DNA of 64,000 bases. It comes from Takakia lepidozioides. Its lineage: Eukaryota; Plantae; Bryophyta. Shown here one piece after another: positions 51,598-64,000 of this stretch. A model generated the notes under the pieces. That model saw only the letters and a program-made list of their open reading frames with translations, had not been told where the DNA came from and ran no database searches. Numbering within the stretch: position 1 is the stretch's first letter; each line of letters opens with the position of its first letter. Location of the stretch: NCBI GenBank assembly GCA_030704615.1, contig CM060733.1:41044001-41108000 (forward strand), read 5' to 3'. Position numbers and translations under genes: made by a program.

Positions 51598-52305
51598 TGT
51601 CGCGGCCCTTTGCCTTGAGGGCAGGGGGTTGGGACACATGAGGGGCTGCCCCTGTGGTGGGGGCAGCGGCAGCGGCAGCGATAGGTATGGGGGGCTGAAG
51701 CACCCTTGAGTGCCCAAAGCACTCAAGGAGGCGGAGGCGCTCACTAGGTGGAGCCCCGCACACCGGGTTGCGGTGGTGGCTTAGCGGGACTTAGTGGGGG
51801 TGGCATAGGACTCACCATGGGGGCGGAGACCTCGTGGTGGGAGTCGTGGGGAGTCTTGGGACTCATCACGGTCCATAGGGGCCGTGGTGAGTGGGCCAAG
51901 ACTCACCGCGACTCATCACCGGGAGTCGAGGGTTTTCGTGGTGGTTCGCCATAAAATGGCATGGCTGGTTATGAAACCCCCGCGGACAGCTACAGAAGTA
52001 TATATAGGGAGTAGTAACCCCGAGAACGGTGCAAGCCCGTTGGTGACCAAAAACTAGTGAGTAAGCGAGCGAGCCGGAAAGCGACCAAAGAGTGGGGAGC
52101 TGTTCCGGACTGCCAACTACCAAAGGGAATTCCACTAGGTCCAAATAGGTGGAGGGTTTAGTGGGAGAGCAAAGGGGGACCGTTATGTCCCGGTGAGCAG
52201 CCGAAGCTCCAAGTTGGCCCGGCGGCCAGGTTGGGAGTCAGGCGCGCGCATCAAAGCGAGTATCTATGACGTGAAGGGGAGCTTACCGAAGTGAGGTGCG
52301 CGACA
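51598..52305 (+). repeat. 5' LTR of element 2
   Basis: TGTCGCG...CGCGACA; internal TATATATA at ~52000. Confidence 0.95.
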
Positions 52306-52360
52306 CTTGGTATCAGAGCTTAGAGTTCAGTACGCGATCGTCCTTGGGATTGGCCTCATC

Positions 52361-55300
52361 ATGGGGTCGGGCAAGCCGAAGCGAAAGCGGAACGGCCCAA
52401 AAGATGATGATCCTGGTGAGCCCGATGGGGGCGACGTGTCACCGAGGCGGCCGTTTGAGGAAGCGATGCATGTTTCCGAAAACGAGGCCGCTCAAGAGCG
52501 GGAGGAATCCGAGGAGTCGGAGCCCGAGGAATCCTTGAGAGCTCCGACAAACCAAGAGATGCCTCCCATGCCGGCAGCCTTTTGGGAAGGGTTGTTGGCG
52601 CAGTTTGGCGGGACGTTGAAAGACGTGTTGAAGGCGGCTAATGCCACTTCCACTAAGGCAAAGTTTAAGGTGAAGCCTAAGGAACCCAGCACCTTCGAGG
52701 GCATTCGAAATCGGAAGGCACTCAACACCTGGCTCCTGGAGCTAGAGTAGTACTTCCAGGCGGCCAAGTTGAGTGACGAGGATCGAGTGGAAGTGGCTCC
52801 CACCTATTTGAGGGGCTATGCTCAACAATGGTGGCAGAAACGCCTTCACGACCGAGGCCCAAGCCCGGAAACCTTGAACTGGAGTGGGTTCAAGGAATTG
52901 ATGAAGAGACAGTTTGTGCCCCTCAACGCATCCTGGCTTGCCCGGGACAAGATGAGGAATTTGAAGCAAACAGATGACATTCGGGGGTATGTCCAGGCTT
53001 TCAATGTGCTGTTGCTCGAAGTCGCGGACATGGTAGAACCAGAAATGGTCTTCAACTTTGTGGCGGGGCTGGCCCCATGGGCCAGGCGGAAGTTGGAGGA
53101 GAAGCCACCCAAGACTTTGAACGAGGCAATTGAGAGGGCTGAATGTTTCTCGGATGTCCCTAGGGGTGAGAGACAAGGTCGTACGGAGCTGAACCACAAG
53201 AAGACCCGGCGGGAAGGTGACTCCTTCCGACCGGAAAAGAAGTGGGATAGGCCACGCGGCGACAATGGCACGTGGAAATCAAAGGGAGGGCCTTCACACG
53301 TCAAGGCGGCACCCGGTGCTTTGAAAGAAAAAGCGGGTGGAGCGTCTTATGGCGGACAGAAGGCAACCTTTGATGGAGTGTGTTTCAATTGCGGGGAGCC
53401 CGGGCACATGGCCAAGAAGTGCACAAAACCTCGTCAATTGAACATGACTCGGGCAACCACGGAGCTGTCGGAAGATACCATCAGTCGCTTGGTGGAAGCG
53501 GTGGTCGCCAGGACTTGCAAGGTAGGCAACTATTCTTGTGAGTTGTATCAGGAAACTGGCGCCCTGCGTAAAGGGAGTCAGTTATTGTTCGTGGATGGGA
53601 TAATATCCGGAACTAACGTGTCGTTGTTGGTGGACACAGGAGCGTCGCACTCCTTCATGACGCCGCGAAAGTTGGGACTCCCGACAAGTGACGTGGGGGC
53701 CTCTATTGAGGTGCGTTCTGCCAAAGGAGAACCACAGTTGGCGACAAGGTTGGCGTTTGATGTTCCTCTTCAACTGGGGAGTTGGGAGGGACGTGAGAAC
53801 TTCACCATCTGCGAGATCGATGGAGTGGATCTCATTTTGGGGATGACCTTTTTGAGCAAATCCGGAGCGGTCATAGATGGCCGCAAGAGAGTAGTCACGC
53901 TGCCATGTGGGAATGGTGGCGAGGTTTTACGAGTGTCGGAAACGCCCAAATCCGTGGGAGGGCGAATAAACCTTCTGTCAGCAAGGGAGTGGGCCGTGGA
54001 GGAGGCACACGAGCCCCAGTTTTTGCTTTACATTAGAGAAGTGAAGGAGAAGGCGATGGGGAGCCGAGCCCAGATTGGATCAAGGGGATTTTGGAGAAAT
54101 ACCAGGATGTGATGCCAAGCGGCTTGCCACCGCGAAGAGGAGTTGACCACAAGATTGAGGTGATACCGGGATCGGAACCGCCTGCCAAGGCACCCTACCG
54201 GTTGAGCCACAGGGAGTTGGTCGAGCTGAAGACTCAGCTCAAGGATCTAATGTCAAAGGGGTACATCCGGCCGAGTAAGTCACCTTACGGAGCCCCGGTG
54301 CTATTCGCAGACAAGAAGGATGGGACGCTGCGGATGTGTGTCGATTACAGGGCTTTGAACAAGGTGACTATTAAAAACCGGTACCCTTTGCCAAGGATCG
54401 ACGACCTTTTTGACCGGTTGGCAGGAGCGAAGTATTTCAGCCGGATCGACTTGCGCTCCGGCTATCATCAAATTCGGGTGGCGGAAGGAGATGAGGAGAA
54501 GACCGCGTGCAGGACAAGGTATGGTTCATATGAGTTCTTGGTGATGCCTTTTGGGCTCACCAATGCACCTGCGACCTTTAGCACGCTGATGAACAGCCTT
54601 TTTCAGGAGTGGTTGGATGACTTTGTGATCGTGTACATCGACGACATCTTGGTGTACTTGAAAACAAAGGAGGAGCACCTGGAGCACCTCAAAAGGGTGT
54701 TCCAAAAGTTGCGAGAAGGGAAGCTGTATGCCAAAGCTTCAAAGTGCGAATTCGGGGTCACAAAAGTGGAGTTCCTGGGGCATGTGATTACACAGGATGG
54801 GATCAGAATGGATGACAGGAAGGTGAGGGCCATCTTGGACTGGGAGCCTCCGACTTCGGTCCCGGGAGTGCGATCCTTCCTAGGACTCGCCTCCTATTAC
54901 CGGAAGTATGTGAGAAATTTCGCCAAGATTGCGGGGCCGCTGTCAGACCTTCTGTGTAAATCTAAAGTCTGGGCATGGAACACCTTTTGTGGCCAAGCTT
55001 TTGCTGAATTGAAGCAGCGGATGGCGGAAGCTCCAGTCTTGAAAATCCCGGAGTTCGATCGTCCGTTTGAGATACATACAGATGCGTCGGACTTCGCGAT
55101 TGGGGGTGTACTGATGCAAGATGGACGTCCAGTGGCTTACGAAAGTAAGAAACTGAATGAAGTGGAGCGACGGTGGCCGACGCACGAGAAAGAGATGAAG
55201 GCGGTGGTGCACTGTCTTGAGCTTTGGCGCCACTATGTTGGTCCAACCCAGTGAAGGTGTTCACGGACAATGTCACGGTGAAGTATTTTGCCACGCAGCC

Positions 55301-56952
55301 CAAGTTGTCCCCAAAACAACTTAGGTGGCAAGATACTTTGGCGGTGTTCGACGTGGATATCCAGTACAAACCGGGACGAGACAACGTGGTGGCCGATGCT
55401 TTAAGTAGAAAGCAGCAGCTCTTGTTGGTGTACAAGGGCGAGACGACGCTCCAAAAGAAGATCCGAAAAGCTTGCCGGAAGGATGAGCTGGCGAAGTCCG
55501 TGATGCAGGACTTGAGGATGGGGTTAAATCGCAGTTCCACTTGCAAAATGGACTGCTCCGGTATAAGCAAAAGCGTCTCTACGTGCCGAAGGGAGGGATC
55601 AGAGATAGCCTCTTGAGAGAATGCCATGATAGCCCGCTTGCGGGCCACGGCGGAGCCAAGCGCACTGCGGCACTCTTGAAGAAAGAGTATTTCTGGCCCA
55701 AACTGAGGGAGGAGGCAGAGGAGTATGTCAAGACATGCACCACATGCCAACAAAACCGGAGCGAGTACAAAAAGCAAGCGGGGCTGTTACAACCCTTGCC
55801 GATTCCAGAGGGGACTTGGGAAAGCGTCTCGATGGATTTCATGACTGCTATGCCGCTGTCAAAAGGATTCGATGCAATCATGGTGGTGGTGGATAGGTTC
55901 AGTAAAATGGGCCATTTCATCCCCACCAAGGAGACGGCAACGGCGCAGGAGACAGGGCGACTTTACTTCGCCCACGTCTTAAAGCATCATGGAGTCCCGA
56001 AGGATATTGTCTCGGACCGCGATCCAAAGTTTACGAGTAAATTTTGGAGGGCACTTGGAAGAAGATGGGGACGAGGCTGAAGATGAGCACCGCCTTCCGA
56101 CCTACGACCGACGGCCAAACAGAAAGAGTGAATTCCGTAGTGAAGCAGATCTTGCGGAATTACGTGTCGGCAGACCAAACAGACTGGGTGGAACACTTAG
56201 ACGCGGCAGAGTTCTGTTATAATAACACAGAACACTCCGCAACGGGAGTTTCCCCTTTCGTATTGGTCTATGGAAAAGCACCTCTGGTGCCGACAAGTTG
56301 GGCCGCCCAGGACGTTGAGGAACCGGCAGTAGCGGCGGTACTGGAAGAACGCGAGCGTTTGTTGAAGCTCGCAAAGTACAACATTGCCAAAGCTAGGAAA
56401 CGGTATGAAAGGCAGGCGAATCGAAAGCGGAGGGAAGTGAAGTTTGAGGCAGGCACGGAGGTCTGGTTGAACATCAAGAATTTCCGACTACCTCCGGAAG
56501 TGAGTCCGAAGTTCGTACCTCCGTATGCGGGACCCTTTCGCATTCGGAAGGTTATGAATGAGGATGTGTATGAATTGGAGCTGCCGGCAAACAGCAAGGT
56601 GCACCCAGTATTCCATGTCTCCCTTTTGAAGCCTTACTTCAAAGATGAAGCGCGTCCGAATCGGCATCAAGTGTTGCGTCCGCCACCTATGCTGTTGGAT
56701 CATGAAAATGAACCTGAGTACGAGGTGGAGGCAATACTTAAGTCGAGGAGGTTCAAGAACCGAGAAACGGAGTATCTCGTCAAATGGAAGGGCTATCATC
56801 ATGTGGAGGCATCTTGGGTGCGTGCCTCAGAAATGGGAAACGCATCCGAGGCGGTGCAGCTTTCGAAGGGCGACCTCAAAAGCGGAAGAAGCGTTGATGG
56901 GGACATCAACCTTGGAGCGTGGGGGAGGAAATGCATGCTTAGCCCGGCTTAG
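52361..56952 (+). pseudogene. gag-pol: Gag-pol polyprotein of element 2 (gag, CCHC, protease, RT, RNase H, integrase, chromodomain); one TAG and about five frameshifts
   Basis: [78 protein letters not shown]...EYLVKWKGY...SW. Confidence 0.95.
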
Positions 56953-57802
56953 CTAGCTTAGGAATCCGATTGCAAAAACTTGTATTGTACAAAACGTGCT
57001 ATAAATGAAATGGCTTCCAAATGTTGTGCGTCCTATTTTGTTTGGAATGGTGATGCATGGTATGGTTGGCTAGTGTGTAGAATGCATGCTAGCTTATAAA
57101 AGTGGGAGAGGTAAATTGGGTTAATCGTGTGTTTGCGTAGTGCCGAAATCGGGTGACCCCCATCCGAGGGGCAAGGAAACTTGCGCCTTCTTTGGGAGTT
57201 CACGTGCTAGTGCGCACCTGGCGCGTGCGCGTACTATAACTGCGCTACCGAGGGGGTTGCCTTGTAGTGCGGGCTAACGCGGAAGCCACGTGCTTCCGTT
57301 CACGTACTATAATCGTGTAGCCTCGGGACGAAGTCGTAGTGCGGCTTCGGCGTGTTCCCGTACCTCAGGCCAGCATTCCAAGGCGGACCCAATTGTAGTG
57401 ATTGGGGCGCACGGTTGGTTCAAGGTTATCTTCCTAGTCAAAGAGGGTTCCAGGTGAACCCTTGCTCAAGGTGATGCCAAAAGCGGCATCATGAGCGGTC
57501 GCAAGCAATGTTGTTGCAGTAAGGCGATTCGATCCTCGGGGAGGATCGTTCCTTGGCCTTGAAGTAGGCCAAGAAGAGTGCACTGGGAGGAGCTTGAGAG
57601 GCTCCACCCTTGGCCGGGACTTGGAGGAAGTCGGCCGAACTAGCTAGTGGAGAGTAGAGTCAAGTGTGGGGTTTGGTTCTTTGCCATGGGACGCCATGGT
57701 GCGGAAACAAACTCCTTGATGTGGGACGCCACAACTTGGATGTTCGTTTCTACAAAATGGACAAGTCGATGAGGACATCGACTCCCTGTTGGTAGGGGTG
57801 TG

Positions 57803-58509
57803 TATCGCGGCCCTTTGCCTTGAGGGCAGGGGGTCGGGACACATGAGGGGCTGCCCCTGTGGTGGGGGCAGCGGCAGCGGCAGCGATAGGTATGGGGGGC
57901 TGAAGCACCCTTGAGTGCCCAAGCACTCAAGGAGGCGGAGGCGCTCACTAGGTGGAGCCCCGCACACCGGGTTGCGGTGGTGGCTTAGCGGGACTTAGTG
58001 GGGGTGGCATAGGACTCACCATGGGGGCGGAGACCTCGTGGTGGGAGTCGTGGGGAGTCTTGGGACTCATCACGGTCCATAGGGGCCGTGGTGAGTGGGC
58101 CAAGACTCACCGCGACTCATCACCGGGAGTCGAGGGTTTTCGTGGTGGTTCGCCATAAAATGGCATGGCTGGTTATGAAACCCCCGCGGACAGCTACAGA
58201 AGTATATATAGGGAGTAGTAACCCCGAGAACGGTGCAAGCCCGTTGGTGACCAAAAACTAGTGAGTAAGCGAGCGAGCCGGAAAGCGACCAAAGAGTGGG
58301 GAGCTGTTCCGGACTGCCAACTACCAAAGGGAATTCCACTAGGTCCAAATAGGTGGAGGGTTTAGTGGGAGAGCGAAGGGGGACCGTTATGTCCCGGTGA
58401 GCAGCCGAAGCTCCAAGTTGGCCCGGCGGCCAGGTTGGGAGTCAGGCGCGCGCATCAAAGCGAGTATCTATGACTTGAAGGGGAGCTTACCGAAGTGAGG
58501 TGCGCGACA
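57803..58509 (+). repeat. 3' LTR of element 2
   Basis: TATCGCG...CGCGACA followed by TSD CACAA. Confidence 0.95.
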
Positions 58510-59681
58510 CACAAGGTGTAGCTCAACTCTGTCTCCTTGCCCGCTGGTTGTGCCACTGTACAACATTGTCGCTGAAAGGAATTGCTTTAGTTTCTCTTCC
58601 CCATAGTCTTTCACCCTCTCTGTAGGCCAAAACCTTTCCGTAGGTGGAGGCAAGAGTCATGGCATATAGAGAAGGTCCCAATAATATGCAATGGAAGATG
58701 GGGTGGGCGCGTGGACTTCAGCCCCAGCTGACGGAGCAATCTCCTCAGATTTGTGGGAGGATTCGGGAACATGTCAACGAGTGGAAGGAAAGGATGTGAA
58801 GCCACATAAGCTCCCCTTTCTGAGTTCAATGAAATGTATGAGTCTAGATGAAGGAGATTTGAGAGAAATTTTGCAACAGTGTGACACTTTGGCCTAAGGT
58901 TCGAACCAACCTAAGCACATCAAAAAGTGGATAAAAAAAATGGATGTTTTGGTGACGTGTGATGAGTGCGGATGTGGATAGGTGAATGATTTGGGACTTA
59001 TGGTTAAGACTTTCAATGGGATAAAGATCTAGTATATAGACAGAAAATGAGATGGAAAGACGGTCATTGAGAAAGACGTCTCTAGAGGCCGAGATGACCA
59101 AGATGAGAGAAGATAGAGAAGGGGGAAGGAGAGCAAGCAAGAGGATGGAAATGACTAATGAGGTGCAATGAGCACGAAAAGAGTGAGGATGAGGTGAGGC
59201 CTCATATTTATACATCTCAGATGCATTGTGTGCTAGGACGTGGTCGTTTGGGCTGGGGTGTCCTTGCAGGAGCGACACTGTGGAGTGGGGGAATTGTTGT
59301 CTTGATTTTCTTGTGTTTGGATCCCCTCCACACTTGCATGCTTGACTGTGCGCCATGTTAGCTTTGTGTGGGTGCTTGTTTTCATAGGAGGTTGGTCCGG
59401 ATTTGATCACCGGCCAATCCTAGAGTATGCTGTCGGTGGTGAGGCTAGAGTGATGACCAGCAAGACCACCAGTGTTTCTTCTATGGTGAGGCTCAGTTGA
59501 TGACTAGCAGACCATAGGAGTGTGGATGCAGGTGTAAGTGCAGGTACAGGTCTACGTTAGAAACCTATTATTCCTGCTTGAACCAGTAGCCGCAAACAGG
59601 TTCTCTATCCGGTTACCTTATGGAAAGTGGGGATTAGAGACAGGTTGACAACTGGTTGGGTTGTGAGTTTTCATCACGGAG

Positions 59682-62290
59682 GTGCCGCCAGTTGCTGAGG
59701 GGAGTGCCGGTACGAGTACCAGCAATACTAGTGGGTACACAAGACGAGGTGTGCGGTTTAGGCCACCTTTACCTTCAGTGTCTTCTGATGAAGGTTCAGA
59801 CTCGGAGTCAGGAGGATTCTCACCGAGGGTGCAAGTCATTTCCGTGCCATTGTTGTGGGACACGATGGAGGAGATGTATGGAGCTACCAAGGGGCCACAT
59901 AGGTATTTTAGAGCTATGGGCATCATCGAGCTTGATGACTTCATACAAGAGTTTGACAGTTGGTGTGATTTGCAGCAAATGCGCAATCCACAACTGTTTA
60001 CGTCATTTATGGCATGGAAAGGGCTATTCCAGCACCATGAGGGGCCGCCCATGGATGATTTCCATGAATTTAGGCGGGGACATGCGGTGGAGATTGAGGA
60101 GTGGCGAGAGTATTGGTCATCTAACTATGTCTCCATCACTAGAGACACAAGGGTAGCGGCGACACCAGCAGTTACACAAACATCTCCAATTGCAAGCACT
60201 AGTAGTGAGACAAGTGGTACAGGAGCTGGGAAATCCATGAAGTTCCTGCTGCAGCACTAGCACCCGTATCTGCATTTAACCCAGTTGTGGAGTTCTTCGA
60301 GGAGTTGAGGAGAAACTACCTAGGGATAATGACAGAGAAGTTGCGGAACTTGCAAGAGTTCCAACGAAGGCCTACAGAGAGTTTGAGGGATGCTTACACT
60401 CGCATGAGGCGCTTGATAGACGTAACCCAAGGGGTTACAGAAGCTCAGGTAGTCCAGTTCTGGTATGGGATCCTGGACAAGGAGCTGAGGAGAAGGGTGC
60501 GAGATACAACTCTCCTACAAGTAGCCCAACCCACCTTAGCAAATGTGTTTTTGCTGACAAAGCGGATAGAACTCAATATGGTGGAGGAGCGGATGGTTAT
60601 GGTGGGATTTGGCAAGGAGACACAACGAAGTGGAGTTCTTAGCCAACAACAACCAACTCCCCAACGTGCTCAAGGCAACAAGGGGCATTACAGGAAAATT
60701 GGGGGGGGGGGGGTTTCGACGTCGCGGCCACGCCGCAGCCACACTGCGGCGTCGTAAAACAGCCCTTTTCGAGCGGGGAAAAAAACAAAATTTACGACGC
60801 CCGGGCGTCGCAAGGGCATCGCCAAAAACAATGTCGCAAATATGCGACCAATGGGAGTCGCAAATATGCGAAACCGCGATTTGCGATGCCCAGGTGTCGA
60901 AAAATTAAAAAATTAAAAATAAAAATTACTCTGCAATGCAGAATTAGCACCGTCCGGGGGTCGCAAAGTGCGACGGCCGGACGTCACAATTTAAGGGGGT
61001 ACATTTGAATTTAGGCGGGAAAATTTGAATTTGAAATTTGAATTTCAAAAACTTGTTGACCATTGGCTCCAGTTCTGTCTAATGGCGATATGTTCATCGT
61101 TCTACATATATCATGCAATATACTTTTGAACCTAAGACCTCCACGTCATAACATTTCTAAGACACTACAAACTAACCAACACACCTACGCTACATCTATG
61201 TATCACAAAAGCAATCTAAATATATATATACATATAAAGATTTCTTTCAAGTTCCTTCTAAAGGGTCTCTCTTGTGACGCTGGGGAGTTGCAACCTCCAC
61301 AACCTTAGTGCCTAGCCCCAGCCCCAGCCCCAACATCGTCACCGTTGTTGTACCCGCCACCGCCAGGCGCCCCAAGCGATGTCATTGTGTGGACGTAAGC
61401 TGACCACAACACCATTGCGACCCCCTGTGGCGAACCCCCTGACGTCGCAACGTTGGGCGTCCCAACGCGGGGCGCCCCCAACGACGCTTTTGTGAAGTTG
61501 AGGGCGCAAAGCCCAAAAAAAAAAACAAAAAAAACAAACTCCCACTATGGTGATGCTGTTGTGACGCCCTCGCGTCGCAGAGGCGTTGGGGCGCCCTTAG
61601 TGACGCTTTTGCGACGCCGAGGCGTCGCAACGTCAAATATATATATATATATATTGGATTTCCGACGCCGGGGCGTCGCAAAAAAAAAAAATCCGTCGCA
61701 GCGAGGGTCGTCTTTCCCCCTTCATGCCACCTTATGACGGCTGGGCGTCGTAATGGTATCGTAGCTAAGGATTGCGATGCCGGGGCGTCGCAAAAAAGCG
61801 CCGCACGGGGCGCGGCTGGCGTCGCAAACTCCCCCCCATTTACTGTAGTGGGGGCTCAGATGAAGCCTAGAGAAGGCCATAGATGATCTCAGATTCAGAG
61901 GCTTCTTCCTTCATTCTCAGGCCAGCAACAGACGAGTGTGTCATGTTGGGATTGTGGAGGACCCCATGTCAAGAAGGATTGCCCAGAGAGAGGCAAGGGG
62001 CCGGCACAGGCACAGCCTACATAACTACACTATGGGCATTGTGGAAAGTATGGGCATGAGGAGACCCATTGTTATGACTTGCATCCTGAGCTACGGCTAG
62101 GCCAGTTCCAATGGAACAACGGTGGCCGAGGACGAGGCAATGTAGTCCAGAGAGGTAGAGGAGGTAGAGGTCGTGGTGGAGGTCATAACCAAAACCAAGG
62201 AGCACAGGGTCAGGGTCAAAGTTATGACCAAGGCATGGTGGATAGACTTGCCCAGCTAGAGCAACGTCTTGCCAACTACGCCATCGATGG
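59682..62290 (+). pseudogene. gag: Retrotransposon gag with two zinc knuckles and RGG-rich tail, interrupted by CACTA 60686-61850
   Basis: LDDFIQEFDSWC..., FQRRPTESLRDAYTRM. Removing the CACTA plus one GGG restores GNKG-AQMKPR in frame, followed by CWDCGGPHVKKDC, GHCGKYGHEETHC and RGRGGRGRGG. Confidence 0.8.
60686..61850 (+). mobile_element. Complete non-autonomous CACTA element (family B), 1165 bp
   Basis: Imperfect TIRs CATTACAGGAAAATTGGGGG / CCCCCCCATTTACTGTAGTG, 3-bp TSD GGG (60683-60685, 61851-61853), GCGACG subterminal repeats. Confidence 0.9.
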
Positions 62291-62814
62291 CACCCGCTCG
62301 TCTAAGTGTGTCAGAGGTAGAGCCACGGGTGTAGGAGTGGGGAGAGTAGGTGTGGCTCGGGAAATGTCAGTGGGTGGTGCTGCAAAGCAAGGTGCAGCCA
62401 GTACATTGTTGGGGGCGGCTACGGCTGTTTGTCAAGCTCCATTGTTTTTTGCAATGACCATTGCAATGCCACGGATTTGGCCAGCTGCTGTGTTCAGACT
62501 AGTAGCTAGACTCTGTGAGAGTGGTGATGCATCGGCACTATCTGCGGGGATAGCAGATAAGGTACAGTGCATGGATGCCCTGTATTCAAGGGTGAAGTCA
62601 GCCACAGCTGCGCCATGGCAAATGGCTGTCAAGTTAAATAAACACAGTGTGAAACTAACTAGAATAAATCTAGTTATTTGTATTTAACACTTGGAATTAG
62701 TTCAAGTGTTAAGTCAGGTATCAAGTTTAGCTTGACACCTGAACCATCTCATCTCTCTCGAGTTGAGCCTGCCCGACCGAGCTCCCTCGTTGCTTAGCAT
62801 CTGAGTGTACTTAT

Positions 62815-63100
62815 GGAGGGAGAGTAGGATGTTGTGGGGGTGGAGTCCCCATAGCTTGGGGTGCCCCTGGCTTGACTCTTATTTTAACGAGTGATTATAT
62901 TGTATTTCGTGTTTTGTGTCAACAGACAGTGTGAGTTTAGTTTTCATATCACTCGAGAGAGATCATCTGTCTAGTTTTTTGTAGTGCTAAGCTAGATAGA
63001 TTTCCTTTATGTTAGCACTATGACTATGTCGATGGTATTTGAAGTAGGGAAAGCACTCATAATGAGTGGTTAAGGTAGAAGTCATTGATGCTGGTTTCGT
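62815..63100 (+). repeat. Possible PPT and start of a 3' LTR of the gag element
   Basis: GGAGGGAGAGTAGGA directly followed by TGTTGTGGGG at 62830. No partner LTR seen, and the end is not defined. Confidence 0.35.
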
Positions 63101-63339
63101 TTGCGGTCTGGTACGATGGCGTGCACGGGAGGCGCAACACGGGATGCCAAATAAGAGGCGATATGGAGGCTTGGACAGCCTCGTAGGCTCTACGCATGAT
63201 ATACAAAGCTGGAGCAACAAACTTTGGTTCATTTTCAAATCAGTAGAATCTTGTTGCTCGTCAACGCTTCATTGTTTGGGGTGACCATTACATGTTGATT
63301 ATTTGCCAATTGGTGATTTGGGTCTCCGGGTCCAGAATT

Positions 63340-64000
63340 GTGTTGGCAATGCGTGTGCAAGCCTGGGAGCCCTGGAAAAGGGGAAAGAGGTCCATGGTGA
63401 CATCTTCAAATCTAGAAGTGTACCAGATGTCATTATGAAGACAGCCCTGGTGGACATGTATGCCAAATATGGGTGCATTGAGGATGCAAAGGGAGTTTTC
63501 AACACTATGATGTGGTGTCGTGAACTCAATACCCTCATCAACATGTATGCCAAGTGCATGAATGTGGTGTATGCACATGGAGCGTTTGACAAAATGCCTG
63601 AACGAGATATTTCTACTTGGAATACAATGATGGCAGGATTTGCCAAGCATGGGTGTGGTAGGGAGGCTTTTGAGGCCTATGAGCAAATGACACAGGCAGG
63701 GATGATGCCAAACTGGGTCACCTTTATCTGTGTGCTGAAGGCTTCTTCCAGCCTTGCAGCCCTGGAAATGGGCATGGTGGTCCATACTGACATCATCATT
63801 TCCGGAATCGTTTCAGATATCACTCAAGAGAATACCCTTGTGAACATGTACGCCAAATGCGGTAGCCTTACTGGCGCTCCTCAAGTGCTCAACAACATGG
63901 CTAAGTGGGATGTGGTCTCATGGAATGCGATGATCGGAGGATATGCTCTGCATGGGAAGGGCAGGGAGGCTTTTGAGACCTAAAAGCAAATGAAAGAGGA
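63340..64000 (+). pseudogene. PLS-class PPR gene fragment
   Basis: NACASLGALEKGKEVH...TALVDMYAKYG...MPERDISTWNTMMAGFAKHG...LVNMYAKCGSL...DVVSWNAMIGGYALHG. Internal deletion and a premature TAA at 63981. Confidence 0.85.

Larger units (their letters stand above)
51598..58509 (+). mobile_element. Full-length, young Ty3/gypsy chromovirus LTR retrotransposon 2
   Basis: LTRs 51598-52305 and 57803-58509 (~708 bp, about 5 differences), TSD CACAA, PBS TGGTATCAGAGC at 52308. Confidence 0.97.

Overview
This is eukaryotic, repeat-dense land-plant DNA, probably a bryophyte. That inference rests on PLS-type PPR remnants, TTTAGGG motifs, GT-AG introns and Met-primed chromoviruses. Most of the window is nested transposons: two complete Ty3/gypsy chromoviruses with matching TSDs (32623-38641, 51598-58509), two families of non-autonomous CACTA elements, RTE-X-like LINE 3' fragments, MITEs, and hAT, gag and PPR remnants. 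Only one host-like gene looks intact: a two-exon secreted Cys-rich protein (2594-3735). It lies in one arm of a ~3.3 kb inverted duplication whose other arm (39111-42385) carries a 3'-truncated copy. The most striking region is ~18.9-31.8 kb, a putative multi-gene DNA-transposon module. It contains a SET-domain gene (+) knocked out by a clean CACTA insertion and a spliced Mutator-like (MULE) transposase with a GCM-like N-terminus and SWIM finger (-). It also contains an array of ~29 palindromes (ACGGAAATGCGG-NN-CCGCATTTCCGT) spaced 53 bp apart, and a spliced ParB/Sulfiredoxin-like (DGNHR) gene (+) with the same palindrome in an intron. This looks like a cis-array plus trans-factor system, analogous to ParB-parS or VANDAL/VANC. 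All domain calls come from motif recognition by eye; no database search was run.
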